DNA of 60,526 nucleotides from Deltaproteobacteria bacterium (GCA_026129095.1 JAHCIT010000001.1:558245-618770), one strand, 5' to 3'; counted from the first letter of the stretch, positions 17,857 to 27,913 are shown. Notes: generated from the sequence alone by a model not told the origin. Made by a program: numbers and translations.

Positions 17857-18210
17857 ATGACAAGCCGCTCCATTCCTCCCTCCCAATCCCGCCGCAGACA
17901 TCCCCGCGTACCGGTCACCATGGAGATCCGGGCGACACAGGCTGCTGGTTCACTGCCATTCGTGGCAAGAAATCTGTCCGGGTCGGGTGTCTTCCTGCAC
18001 GCCACGCGAGCCTATCCGGCCGGAACGGAACTCACGCTCGAGTTCGAACTTCCCTATTCGTCGGGAAAGATCAGAACGACAGCAAAAGTCGTCCGTCATT
18101 CGACAGATCCGGCGACCGGCCTCATCAACGGGATGGGTCTGGAATTCACCAGCCGCACCGATGAAATCGCCGGAATGATTGAGGCATATCTGCAGCAGAC
18201 TGAAGGCTAA
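17857..18210 (+). CDS. Stand-alone PilZ-domain protein (TIGR02266-like)
   Basis: RRRHPRVP (RxxxR), NLSGSG (D/NxSxxG) and GMGLEF motifs. Confidence 0.9.
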   Translation: MTSRSIPPSQSRRRHPRVPVTMEIRATQAAGSLPFVARNLSGSGVFLHATRAYPAGTELTLEFELPYSSGKIRTTAKVVRHSTDPATGLINGMGLEFTSRTDEIAGMIEAYLQQTEG

Positions 18211-18219
18211 TAGAAAATC

Positions 18220-18921
18220 TCAGTCCTTGCAGGCAGAAGGGACAGCGGCCAGCGTTTGAACCATCCGGATGACATGGGGCCGACGTTCGATATGGTCGAA
18301 ACCCTCGCACCCCTCAAACATACGGATCAATCCATAGACGGCAAAATCTGCAGACATGGGTTCGGGACCGAAGATAAACGGCGCTTCAGCCAGAAGTTCG
18401 TTCAGCCGGTCGAGCTGGTAATCGAACAGTTCGGCATTCGCCTTCCATCCGCCGCGGGCATTGGCCAGCTGGCGCATCTGGTAGACAAGAACCCGGCCGC
18501 CAGCAATTTGAAGGGCCCTGTTCTTGAGGCTCCTCGGATACCGCTCGGCATTTATTTGCATCAACTTCTGTGCATTGTCGCCCTGACACCATTTGAACGG
18601 CTGAAGTGTCGAGGAAAACGCCTCGTCAGCCCAGTCCTCCAGAAGGGCATTGAGCGCACCCTCACGCTGGCCTTTGGGATGAATGGGTTTATCCGGAAAA
18701 CGCTCATCCAGCCATTCGCAAATCGTGGTCGAATCGGAAACCCACTGGTCTCCCACCACGATGACCGGCACTTTGGTCCGGCCTGTCCGCCGCTTGATTT
18801 CAGGCCGTGCCTCCATCGGCGCTTCCACGCGGACGTACGGCAGCCCCTTGTAGTCAAGCACCTTTCGGATTTTCTCGCAGTACGGGGATATCTGAAACTG
18901 GTGCAGAATGATGGGGTCCAC
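18220..18921 (-). CDS. Glutathione S-transferase family protein
   Basis: SPYCEKIR, KVPVI, DSTTICEWL and MSADFAVYG motifs; GTG after AGGAGG. Confidence 0.88.
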   Translation of the reverse strand: MDPIILHQFQISPYCEKIRKVLDYKGLPYVRVEAPMEARPEIKRRTGRTKVPVIVVGDQWVSDSTTICEWLDERFPDKPIHPKGQREGALNALLEDWADEAFSSTLQPFKWCQGDNAQKLMQINAERYPRSLKNRALQIAGGRVLVYQMRQLANARGGWKANAELFDYQLDRLNELLAEAPFIFGPEPMSADFAVYGLIRMFEGCEGFDHIERRPHVIRMVQTLAAVPSACKD

Positions 18922-18977
18922 CGGAAATTCCTCCTGAAGGCAGCAGGAGGGTAACACCTTGGCAAAGGCGGGCAAAC

Positions 18978-19229
18978 CTACCGGTATTTCGACCCAATTC
19001 GCGCCCGGATGGCCATCTGCGCGCCAAGAATACCGGCCAGATAGCCATCCTCGAAGTTGAACTGTTCACTCCCCCGAAGTTCCTCGTAGTCATGAGGCTG
19101 GGCAAGATCATCCTCGGTAAGATGCGGAAGGAGCGAACGGCCCAGTTTCAGGAGTTTCTTGCGCTGGAGCTCGGCATCGGCTTCCAAAAGACGGTCAATT
19201 TCTTCCAGCAGGATGGTTGGATCAGTCAT
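18978..19229 (-). CDS. Small hypothetical protein
   Basis: 83-aa ORF with protein-like composition (LTEDDLAQPHDYEEL...FNFEDGYLAG), co-oriented with the GST gene. Confidence 0.7.
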   Translation of the reverse strand: MTDPTILLEEIDRLLEADAELQRKKLLKLGRSLLPHLTEDDLAQPHDYEELRGSEQFNFEDGYLAGILGAQMAIRARIGSKYR

Positions 19230-19294
19230 GCCAAGGTTGGTAGCTTTTCATCCCGCCGGAGACAAAAATCCACTACCAGGCAGCATGACGACAC

Positions 19295-19516
19295 ATGGGA
19301 CTGTTCGAAGATGAAATGGAAGCGGCACTGGACCGGGCGTCAGCTTCCGGGAGCCCCAAGTGCCCCTGGTGCGGCGAAACAATCTGGCTTCAGGTGGATA
19401 CCGGGGGCGGTGATAGCCAAACGGTCATCGAAGATTGCCCGGTCTGCTGCCGGCCAATCACAGTCCACTGGACGCGGACCGGCGGGCGCTGGCGCGGTGA
19501 TACCATCCGGTCATAA
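19295..19516 (+). CDS. CPXCG-motif cysteine-rich (zinc-ribbon) protein
   Basis: CPWCGE ... [11 protein letters not shown]. Confidence 0.85.
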   Translation: MGLFEDEMEAALDRASASGSPKCPWCGETIWLQVDTGGGDSQTVIEDCPVCCRPITVHWTRTGGRWRGDTIRS

Positions 19517-19557
19517 TATTCAACAAATCCGGAAATATTCCGGGGAGCAGGTAGATT

Positions 19558-20124
19558 ATGAGGTCATATCCGCAATTCTGGCTTTCTTTATTTCTTCTGG
19601 CACTTCTGGCTGCATTTCCAGCACGTGCAATAGCGGAAGAAGCGACTCCCAAATTGGCCCCGGCACTCGAAGGGCCAACCGTGGGAGGTGCGCCGTTCAG
19701 CCTGAAAAAACTTCTCGCCGAAAAAAAGCCAAAAGAAACCTGGGTACTGTTCTGGGCAACCTGGTGCCCACCGTGTGTTTTTGAGCTGCCCGAACTGGAT
19801 CGCCTGTGGAGCGAGCTCAAGGGGCAGGGCTTTGAGCTGGTTACGGTCAATGAAGAGAACATGAACCCTGATATGGCATGGGCAAAAGGGCTTCCAGACT
19901 ATATCCGGATGCGAAATCTCAGCTTTGTTGTGGTTGACGACGCTGACGGCAAGATAGCCCAGAGCTGGCCGGTGGAAGGAAAGCTCCCCACCCTGTTTCG
20001 ACTGGATGGCGAGGGCCGAATCGTTGCGCAGGAAATAGGTTTTTCCGAGAAAATATTCCGGGAACGCGAGGAGAGCCTTCGCAAGCGGCTGGGCTCCAGT
20101 GGCAAAAAGCCGAAGAAGAAGTGA
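19558..20124 (+). CDS. TlpA/ResA-like thiol-disulfide oxidoreductase, exported
   Basis: Signal peptide; FWATWCPPCVFELP; cis-Pro LPT. Confidence 0.9.
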   Translation: MRSYPQFWLSLFLLALLAAFPARAIAEEATPKLAPALEGPTVGGAPFSLKKLLAEKKPKETWVLFWATWCPPCVFELPELDRLWSELKGQGFELVTVNEENMNPDMAWAKGLPDYIRMRNLSFVVVDDADGKIAQSWPVEGKLPTLFRLDGEGRIVAQEIGFSEKIFREREESLRKRLGSSGKKPKKK

Positions 20125-20610
20125 TCATTCAGATCCAAATTTTCGCAGCGCACCGCCTTCCAGCCGGTATATACGCCAATCGGGCATGATGTCGGCTCCA
20201 ATAGACCGGTAAAGCGACTGTGCATTTTTATTCCAGTCGAGCACTGACCACTCAAAACGGGCACACCCGTGCTTGACCGCAATCCGGGCAACAATCTCCA
20301 GCAACCGTTTGCCTATCCCCATCCGGCGGCGGGAAGGGGTTACGTACAAATCCTCAAGCCACAGTCCACGCTTCATACGGAAAGTACTGAAAGTTTCAAA
20401 GAAAATGGCATAGCCCACGACGCCATGGCCGGTCTCTTCGGCCACAAGACACTGGGCCGCTGGCGGATCACTGAATAGGGCCTCGGCAAGGTCATACGTG
20501 GAGCCGGTAAACTGATGTTCCAGCTTTTCAAATGCCGCCAGCTCACCAATCAGGTCGCGTACCCGCTGCGTATCTGCCATTTCTGCGGGGCGATAGATAA
20601 TTTCAGCCAT
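20125..20610 (-). CDS. GNAT N-acetyltransferase (diamine/spermidine acetyltransferase-like)
   Basis: ELAAFEKL, LWLEDLYV, RRMGIG and WSVLDWN motifs. Confidence 0.9.
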   Translation of the reverse strand: MAEIIYRPAEMADTQRVRDLIGELAAFEKLEHQFTGSTYDLAEALFSDPPAAQCLVAEETGHGVVGYAIFFETFSTFRMKRGLWLEDLYVTPSRRRMGIGKRLLEIVARIAVKHGCARFEWSVLDWNKNAQSLYRSIGADIMPDWRIYRLEGGALRKFGSE

Positions 20611-20725
20611 TCCGGGTCCATAGCACGGAGTTTGGTGGCCTGCACCGGGGTTCTGTTTCTACCTTGCGATGAAATAAGGTGGCGGTAAAATGGGGTTATT
20701 AGAATGGCAAAGGGGGTAATGAGCC

Positions 20726-21268
20726 ATGCGCCGAAGCGGAACCGCCTTGATGACAGCAATACTGGTTATATCAACAGCCGGACCGGTTGCGGCCAAACTG
20801 TATAAATACCGGGATAACGCCGGCAATCTCCATGTGGTCGATGCCTATGAAAAAGTCCCCCGGGAGTACCAGAACCAGGTTTCTCCAGATGGCGAAAAGA
20901 CCAGGCGGAATGAATACCGTATCCAGCAAAGTGAGCCCTTGGCAACCGATAGCGGCCTTCAGTCCAGCCCTACTACCCAGGCGCCGCCATCATCCAGAGA
21001 ACGATGCCAGCAGGATGCTGTCCAGCTCCGGCAGAAAATTGGTGCCCTTGAGAAACAGGCTGACCAGTGGACACGTGACGAGCTGATGCGCAACTGTCCG
21101 GCCGAATCACGTACCGATGACAATGACTGTATTGTCGTGGCACCCACTGGAGAAATGAAAGCCATGGTCAACAGCATGCTCGTTGAAACTGAAAAGAAGA
21201 ACCCCTATCGAAAAACCGTCGAGACCGAACAGTTACGCCTTAAAAAACTGGAGGCATCCTGTCGGTAG
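20726..21268 (+). CDS. DUF4124-like exported protein
   Basis: Signal peptide followed by LYKYRDNAGNLHVVD..KVP; C-terminal coiled coil with Cys. Confidence 0.75.
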   Translation: MRRSGTALMTAILVISTAGPVAAKLYKYRDNAGNLHVVDAYEKVPREYQNQVSPDGEKTRRNEYRIQQSEPLATDSGLQSSPTTQAPPSSRERCQQDAVQLRQKIGALEKQADQWTRDELMRNCPAESRTDDNDCIVVAPTGEMKAMVNSMLVETEKKNPYRKTVETEQLRLKKLEASCR

Positions 21269-21279
21269 GATTTTGCGAT

Positions 21280-22350
21280 ATGGTAACAATGACTGCCCCT
21301 GTGCAAAAACATTCGCGATCCAGTGCCCCGCAGCATGAGCGGGAGATTGTCCACCCCGTGGATCTCTGCCTCCCTGGAGGCCGCCTGAACCCCGCCGCGA
21401 CGGGATGGTCCCGGCATCCTCTTCAGCGCTGCAACCTCCAAGGCCCCTGGGGACGGCAAAAGCGGTGGGACTTCTGGAGTGTTACCAGCCAGGAATGCGC
21501 CCTGTCTGTGACCTACGCAAGCCTTGACTATCTGGGCTTTGCGGCAGTGTCGTTTAACGATTTTGCCAGCAAGCGGGCCTATGAGCATGCGATGCTGGTC
21601 CCCTTCGCCATTGGTTTCCGGCAACCGGAGCAGGTTGGTGGAGCGGTGCTGGCGTTCAATGCACTGGGGTTGCGGGTCCGGATAGACGATCGTGGCAACA
21701 CGGTGCTGATCGACGCTGGTATCCGCCGACCTGGTATTCCCCCTGTCGAAGCTCATGCAGTCATTACCCGTCCAAAGGGCCATGAAACCCTGAATGTCGT
21801 TGTCCCCTGGAGCGAGCGTCGATATCAGTTCACTTCCAAGCAGAATACCCTTCCCGCCACTGGCGAAGTGCGCGCCGGCAAGCAGCAATTCCGGTTTGGC
21901 CCGGAAAACCAGTCGTTCGGGTGCATGGACTATGGGCGCGGTGTCTGGCCGTATGCGACGACATGGAACTGGGCGACTGCCTCCGGCGAATGCGGCGGCC
22001 ATACCGTTGGACTCCAGTTTGGTGGCCAATGGACCGATGGAACCGGTTCTACTGAAAATGGCATCTGCCTTGATGGCCGACTGCACAAAATCAGCGAGGA
22101 TGTGTGTTTTGATTGTGACCGGCGGAATTTCCTCAAACCCTGGCGAATTCATTCACCCGGTTCGGATCGTGTCGATCTCATATTTGATCCCTTTATCGAC
22201 CGTCCGCTTCGGGCGCCCCTGATTGTGGCCGGTGTGGATCTGCACCTGTGTTTCGGGAAATTTTCCGGACAAGTCAGGCTTACTGACGGGAAGACGCTCG
22301 AAGTCGCAGGACTCATCGGCACATCCGAGGAGATGCGCGCCCGGTGGTAG
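21280..22350 (+). CDS. DUF2804 family protein
   Basis: LNPAATGWSR, KRWDFW, FTSKQNTLPA, DYGRGVWPY, TWNWA and TENGICLDGRLHK motifs. Confidence 0.85.
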   Translation: MVTMTAPVQKHSRSSAPQHEREIVHPVDLCLPGGRLNPAATGWSRHPLQRCNLQGPWGRQKRWDFWSVTSQECALSVTYASLDYLGFAAVSFNDFASKRAYEHAMLVPFAIGFRQPEQVGGAVLAFNALGLRVRIDDRGNTVLIDAGIRRPGIPPVEAHAVITRPKGHETLNVVVPWSERRYQFTSKQNTLPATGEVRAGKQQFRFGPENQSFGCMDYGRGVWPYATTWNWATASGECGGHTVGLQFGGQWTDGTGSTENGICLDGRLHKISEDVCFDCDRRNFLKPWRIHSPGSDRVDLIFDPFIDRPLRAPLIVAGVDLHLCFGKFSGQVRLTDGKTLEVAGLIGTSEEMRARW

Positions 22351-23078
22351 ACCCCGCCACGCCCCCATCCTTATCTGGGAGCGATCCCACATCACGCCTC
22401 ATCGAGATGAGACGTAATACCATCGATTTTTTTAGTGATCTGGTTTTCGGCTCACTCCGGCGAATCATTTTATGGACCGCTGCCTCCACGGCACTTGCCG
22501 GAGTGTTTGCAGTCTGGATCTGCCAGAACATCATTCTGCCGGGCGGATCGCACTGGACCCTGAAGGCGCTTCAATGCATCATTCTTTGCGTGTCTTACGT
22601 TATCGGTGGGCTCGCCGTGGGTATTTCTCATGGTATTACGTCCGCCTTGCTCCGGCAGCTTGTTAAAGTTCGCGATCTGATCACCCGACTTATTGAGCCA
22701 GTCATTAACTGGATCGCCGAGCAGTCTCCCTTGGCGTCGAAATCCCTCAGTACACAGGAGTTTATAACTACCTGGAGCCAGGCCGTCGCCTCTTTGTCTG
22801 CCATTCCACCCGACAGTTCCATTGGACGGAGACTTCTTTACCGGGCTTATGGCTGGGCGCTTCGACAGGCAAGTGATCAGTATTTGAACCGCTTCATCGC
22901 CGACGCCAGAAAGCGTGGGCAATCCCAAATAACGCTGGCTACGGTTCAATCGTTTGTCGTGGCCCAGCTAGCAGAAAACCTTGCCGCAGCACTGACCATG
23001 AAGCTGCTGCTGATCCGCACGTTGACCTGGGCATTGGCAGTTCTTGCCGCAGTCATCCCGCTGTGGGGAATGCGCTGA
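22344..23078 (+). CDS. Hypothetical membrane protein (about 3 TM); start may be 22407
   Basis: Two N-terminal and one C-terminal hydrophobic segments. Confidence 0.65.
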   Translation: MVDPATPPSLSGSDPTSRLIEMRRNTIDFFSDLVFGSLRRIILWTAASTALAGVFAVWICQNIILPGGSHWTLKALQCIILCVSYVIGGLAVGISHGITSALLRQLVKVRDLITRLIEPVINWIAEQSPLASKSLSTQEFITTWSQAVASLSAIPPDSSIGRRLLYRAYGWALRQASDQYLNRFIADARKRGQSQITLATVQSFVVAQLAENLAAALTMKLLLIRTLTWALAVLAAVIPLWGMR

Positions 23079-23083
23079 CACCC

Positions 23084-24274
23084 CTATGGATGGGGCATGA
23101 ACAGAAAATCGCTGATACGCCTTAGGCCAGCCAGATCATGGATATCGGACTCGAAATAGGGAACGTGCTCGATGAACTCTTCTCCCCTTACCATATAGGA
23201 AAGCCGTTCGAGATTCTTCTCGTCGATTTCACCCAAAAGCTGGTAATTGACGAAGTTCTCCAGCAGCGGCTGGGCAAGATCCCCATAACCAGAAGCGGCA
23301 AGATCTGCGGCAAAATGACGCACGACCTCTTCCATCTTCCTGCGACCATGGCAAAGGTCATCCAGCGGTCCTACCTGTCCATTCAGTGCTTTCAGGTAGT
23401 TCTGATGAACCTTGTTTACGACCACACCTTCGAACGGCATGCCAAATTCAACAAGCTTGGAGTGGAAATAGGCCGCCTCGTCGAGAGTGAGCTTGTTGGG
23501 TGAGGTCACAAGCACAAAACCGAGCTTCTGGTCCCGAAACAGCTTCTGCACACGATGAGCCCGGGACCTGAACCCGTCATAAAGCCCATTCAATGCGGTA
23601 AAAAACTCCGATCCCGCAGTCAGAAACTCCGAGGACAATGCCGTATTCAGGACCGGCATGAACCGGTCTGATGCCCAGCTGATCAGTGATGAAGAGAATG
23701 AGCCGGCTTGAACAGTGGGACGAATCAGAAGATTCAGAAGCTTGTTATCTGTCAGGAAGTTTACCATCCGGTCCGGCGCGGTAAGAAAATCAAGCGCATG
23801 CTTTGCTGGCGGAGTATCCAGCACCACGAGGTCATAATCCCCTGACTCGTACAGTTCATACAGCTTCTCGACTGCCATATATTCGGGCGATCCTATCAGG
23901 GAGCTGGCACCTTCCCGGTAAATCACTGAATTAAATACCCGCTCAGCTTCGCGTTCAGACGCGGTATACTTGCGGATAATTGCTTCCAGCGTCTTCCCCC
24001 CATCCAGCATCATTGCATGCAGTTCGCCCTTCACTTCAAAGCCGAGTGTTTCCAGCCGTTCTTTTGGAACGAGCTTAGGCTCATTGACCAGTTCCTTGAG
24101 ACCTAGAGAATCGGCCAGCCGGTGCGCTGGGTCGATCGTGCAGACAACTGCCCGTTTTCCCGACAAGGCAGCGTGAAGCGCAATGACGGCAGATGTCGTC
24201 GTCTTCCCGACACCACCCGATCCGACGCAGATGATCACTTCCTTTCGGCGCACCAGTGCCTCCAGAGATCTCAT
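23084..24274 (-). CDS. ArsA/Get3-family ATPase, subunit lacking the signature Lys
   Basis: GSGGVGKTT, TIDPAHRLADSLG and LDTPPAKHALDFL motifs. Confidence 0.9.
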   Translation of the reverse strand: MRSLEALVRRKEVIICVGSGGVGKTTTSAVIALHAALSGKRAVVCTIDPAHRLADSLGLKELVNEPKLVPKERLETLGFEVKGELHAMMLDGGKTLEAIIRKYTASEREAERVFNSVIYREGASSLIGSPEYMAVEKLYELYESGDYDLVVLDTPPAKHALDFLTAPDRMVNFLTDNKLLNLLIRPTVQAGSFSSSLISWASDRFMPVLNTALSSEFLTAGSEFFTALNGLYDGFRSRAHRVQKLFRDQKLGFVLVTSPNKLTLDEAAYFHSKLVEFGMPFEGVVVNKVHQNYLKALNGQVGPLDDLCHGRRKMEEVVRHFAADLAASGYGDLAQPLLENFVNYQLLGEIDEKNLERLSYMVRGEEFIEHVPYFESDIHDLAGLRRISDFLFMPHP

Positions 24275-25266
24275 GCCATGACTCCCTTGCGGATCACTTC
24301 AGAGATACCGATGATGGTGTTGATGTCGAAATTGCGTGAATAAATGAACGGGAGCTGTATGTACCGCATGTCTTCCCTGAGAAGCTTGTCAACGTAACTC
24401 TGGTTAAGACGCGCCCGTTCCCTTTGAAAGGCAGCCGCTTCGGTCGCAAAGCGGACAGCCTGTTCGCCGCCCAGGAAACCAGCAGCCGCCCGCTGAAATC
24501 CAGTGTCGGCAGAGGCTTCTCTCAGACGTTCGCCAAGCCCGTTTGCCAGCGGCGAACTGTTAATCATATTTATGAACACGTAACCGAGCGGTACGTCCAG
24601 CGACAGTTTGGCATTTCTGATAAGGTCGATCGTTTCGTTGACTGGCATTTCCTCGGCCAGTGTTACGACATTAAAGGATGTGTTGTCACCGCTTACGATT
24701 GTATCGTGAGTAAGGGCAGCATCCCTCGTGAAAGCCCCCACTTTCAGCATATCCCGGATCATTTTCGGAGCCTGCAGATAGAAAAGAGAATGACCGGTTG
24801 TAGGTCCGTCGAATATCACCAGATCCCAGGCAAGGCGGCCACGGCTGCGCTCATTAACGAACTGGGCAATCCGATGCATGATAAAGAACTCTTTGACACC
24901 TGGAAAGAATTCCATCGTGTTTCGTACGAATGGCAGCCGGAATGCAAGATTGTAGATCGATTCAAACCGAACTTTTGAAACTACATAATGCCTGAGCGGC
25001 GCATCTCCGCTTAGATTTGCAGCAAATATATTCGGGTAAACCTCGCGGGGATCGGCATCGACATGAGGAGTACCAAAAATTTCCGTGATCCGTGCCTTGG
25101 AACCGGAACGTGAATCACATTCAACCAGTAGCACTCGTTTGCCCTGCTTGACGGCGGCAAGAGCAAGTCCCGCGCAGACGGTCGACTTCCCGGTGCCGCC
25201 CTTTCCGGTAACGATCAGTAGTCTGCGGTTTAGAATATTGATGGCTACTGTTCCTTCCCGAGCCAT
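24271..25266 (-). CDS. ArsA/Get3-family ATPase, subunit with the signature Lys
   Basis: GKGGTGKST, DGPTTGH and TLAEEMPVNET motifs; ATGA overlap with its partner. Confidence 0.9.
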   Translation of the reverse strand: MAREGTVAINILNRRLLIVTGKGGTGKSTVCAGLALAAVKQGKRVLLVECDSRSGSKARITEIFGTPHVDADPREVYPNIFAANLSGDAPLRHYVVSKVRFESIYNLAFRLPFVRNTMEFFPGVKEFFIMHRIAQFVNERSRGRLAWDLVIFDGPTTGHSLFYLQAPKMIRDMLKVGAFTRDAALTHDTIVSGDNTSFNVVTLAEEMPVNETIDLIRNAKLSLDVPLGYVFINMINSSPLANGLGERLREASADTGFQRAAAGFLGGEQAVRFATEAAAFQRERARLNQSYVDKLLREDMRYIQLPFIYSRNFDINTIIGISEVIRKGVMA

Positions 25267-25389
25267 GCGGCCCCCAAGAGGGGCTTTGAAATCATTGCCC
25301 CGCCGGAACCAGCGGGGCACACAACTTCTGCATATAGCACCGGCAGGTCGGAGGAGAAAACAAATGTCACAGTTCCATCACGCAAGGCG

Positions 25390-26247
25390 TCAGAGCGATT
25401 CCCACCAGTCGAGAAGCTCTGGTGGCACCGGATCCGTGATCTCCTGTGACCCATCCAGTTTCACCTTCCAGGCATGAAGCGCCAGCCGATCCGGCGCTCC
25501 CAGCCGATCACCGCCATAAAGCCGGTCACCCGCCACTGGCAGCCCTTCCCCGGACAGATGGGCCCGGATCTGATGCCGGGCGCCGGGGCCCACAAGTTTC
25601 ACCTCCAGCAAGGCAAATCCATCTTTCCGAGATGTCGTGTGAAACCGGGTAATTCCGGTCCGCTGGGCCCGGCGGCCGAACTTTGAAACGGTTGGTGCAT
25701 TCCTGGACGATGCACGAAGTTCGAAATCCACGATGCCTTCATCAGGCGGATTTCCGATGACACCTGCCCAGTAGGTTTTTTCAGCGCCAGACAGCCTGTC
25801 CCGAAGCATTTGCTGTATTTTCTCGGTCCGGCCGACAAGAACGATCCCTGACGTTTCCAGGTCAAGACGATTTACAAGGCCATGCTCTGCAAGCCTTTCC
25901 TGCGACGGCTCATGGATAGCCAGCCAATCCTCCAGAGATGGTCCTCCACGTCCTGTCAACCGGACCGAATGCACACCAGATGGCTTGCTTACGGCAAACC
26001 AGTCCGGAGCCTCTTCCAGAACCCGGATGTGCTCATTTGGAGTTCCGGCGGATGGTTTCGGGAGATCCCACTCGAAAGTTACAGGACCGCTAAGCATTGA
26101 GGAAGCCTGCACCCGCCGTCCGTTGGCCCGGATACGCCCCTGCTGAAACAGCTGCTTCATCAGCGCACGGGGAAGTTCTGGTGCCACCTGACGCAGAAGG
26201 TGATCCGCCCGGCCACTATCAGCTTTGGCGATTGCCTTCGTCACCAT
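25390..26247 (-). CDS. RluA/RluC/RluD-family pseudouridine synthase with an S4-like N-terminus
   Basis: SKPSG, NRLDLETSG (catalytic Asp), GARHQIRAHL, GDRLYG and LHAW motifs. Confidence 0.9.
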   Translation of the reverse strand: MVTKAIAKADSGRADHLLRQVAPELPRALMKQLFQQGRIRANGRRVQASSMLSGPVTFEWDLPKPSAGTPNEHIRVLEEAPDWFAVSKPSGVHSVRLTGRGGPSLEDWLAIHEPSQERLAEHGLVNRLDLETSGIVLVGRTEKIQQMLRDRLSGAEKTYWAGVIGNPPDEGIVDFELRASSRNAPTVSKFGRRAQRTGITRFHTTSRKDGFALLEVKLVGPGARHQIRAHLSGEGLPVAGDRLYGGDRLGAPDRLALHAWKVKLDGSQEITDPVPPELLDWWESL

Positions 26248-26249
26248 GA

Positions 26250-26864
26250 TCAGGACGGATCATCCAGGTAGCCGCGCCTGGGCAGCGTCTGGCTTATATC
26301 CCTGAGAAGCTCGTGAATCAGAAGCTCGTAGTCGCCAGAATCCGTGGCAACCGTATCAAACAGCGACCGGCCTGGCAGATGACGCACCACTTCATGCCGC
26401 GCACGCCATATCACTGTCAGGCTGGCCGATTCGACAAGCTGAAAACCGGCACCCACTGACACCTGATCACGATCGACAATGCGGGTCCGGTCCCATTCAA
26501 ACAGCTCGGTAAACAGCAGTGCATCCGCCCTCAGCTCCGAACCGAATGCTGCAGCCAGTTCCGAAGGTTCAATATTTGCGAGCTGGGCGCCATAAGTAAT
26601 CCCGTACTTTTCCTTCAGCATCTCGTCTATACGATCACCAGAAAGCGTGTCATAGCCGGAATTCTTCAGCATTATTTCTACCCGATGCCGCAAGAGCTCC
26701 GGCCCTTCAGGATATAAGGTGCCATTGGCAACAGGGAGAATCGCAATTCTTGCTGGAGTGCGTGTCCCAAAGTCCTCTACAACAAATGACTGAACCGGAG
26801 CCGAAAAGAGAGAGCAGGCCGACCCGAGACAAACCAGCGTCACGCATACTGCCGCAATGCGCAT
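26250..26864 (-). CDS. DUF799/GNA1162-like lipoprotein
   Basis: Lipobox GSAC; RIAILP, ADALLF and VIW motifs. Confidence 0.7.
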   Translation of the reverse strand: MRIAAVCVTLVCLGSACSLFSAPVQSFVVEDFGTRTPARIAILPVANGTLYPEGPELLRHRVEIMLKNSGYDTLSGDRIDEMLKEKYGITYGAQLANIEPSELAAAFGSELRADALLFTELFEWDRTRIVDRDQVSVGAGFQLVESASLTVIWRARHEVVRHLPGRSLFDTVATDSGDYELLIHELLRDISQTLPRRGYLDDPS

Positions 26865-26873
26865 GTAGCCCGC

Positions 26874-27893
26874 CTACCGGGAGAGCACCGGTCCGACCAC
26901 CCGGCCGAGATTCTCGAACGCCTCTCCAGGCGCCATTGCCCCTTGCCACAAATAAAGTGCCGGAGGCCGAATCTGAAATGCGGACGGGCCTGTCACCGCA
27001 CTGGCATAGAGGTTGTCATTGAATTTCTGGTAGTTACGGTAGGTGATGACCCGGAGCGGTCGTCCGCCCGTAACCTGCTCCAGTTCAGACACTACCTCGT
27101 CGATATGCCGGATACCGTCAATCAGTTTCAGGTCCAAGGCCTGCCGCGCGGTGTAAATACGCCCATCAGCGGCTTTAAGAATTTCATCTCGGCTCATGCC
27201 GGGTCGCGCACCCTGGATGCGATCAACAAACTGCTGATAGTAGTCATCAACAATCGACTGGGCGATGACGCGATCACCTTCCGTAGGTTCTCGGAATGGT
27301 GAAAGCATGTCTTTGTGCGGACCGCTTTTCACCGTCGTATCCTTGACGCCGAACCGGTTCATCAGGCCCGCAAAATTGATCATCGGAACGACAACGCCAA
27401 TAGAACCCGTGGCAGTGGTCGGAATCGCGTACACCCTGTCGCCCGCCATCGCCGCGTAGTAGCCGCCACTAGCTGCCAGATCGAGCATCAGGACATACAT
27501 GGGAATTTTACGCCGAACACGAAATGCCTTCAGCTCGTGGTAAATTATCTCGCTCGCTGAAACCGACCCACCCGGCGAATTGATCCGGACCAGAACGGCA
27601 CGGATATTATCGTCGTCCTCGGCCTGATCCAAGGCTGCCTTGAGCTTCGTTACAGTGCTTTCGATCTCAATCAGGCCAAGAGCCACCCGGCTGTCATTGT
27701 CCAAAAGCACCCCGCTCAGGTCAACCAGCAGGATTTTCTGCCGAGCCGAACGGTTGCCACCCACGGTCGACTCGGAAAGCGGGCGCCGCTGCGGGAACAT
27801 CGAAACGTCATTTCCAATTACGCAGCTTGCACCTATTAGGACCGTCAATATGAGAAATACCGATGAAAACTTCCGGCCAGATAGCAGCTTCAT
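26874..27893 (-). CDS. sppA: Signal peptide peptidase SppA (36K type, S49)
   Basis: RINSPGG, AASGGYY, TGSIGV, KSGPHKD and DGRIYT motifs. Confidence 0.93.
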   Translation of the reverse strand: MKLLSGRKFSSVFLILTVLIGASCVIGNDVSMFPQRRPLSESTVGGNRSARQKILLVDLSGVLLDNDSRVALGLIEIESTVTKLKAALDQAEDDDNIRAVLVRINSPGGSVSASEIIYHELKAFRVRRKIPMYVLMLDLAASGGYYAAMAGDRVYAIPTTATGSIGVVVPMINFAGLMNRFGVKDTTVKSGPHKDMLSPFREPTEGDRVIAQSIVDDYYQQFVDRIQGARPGMSRDEILKAADGRIYTARQALDLKLIDGIRHIDEVVSELEQVTGGRPLRVITYRNYQKFNDNLYASAVTGPSAFQIRPPALYLWQGAMAPGEAFENLGRVVGPVLSR

Positions 27894-27913
27894 GGATCAT
27901 TCTCCTCGCTTTG

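Noticed and set aside
23084-25266. Arsenic-resistance operon
   Set aside because: No arsB, acr3, arsC, arsR or arsD nearby; motifs fit the BagAB/Get3-like pair
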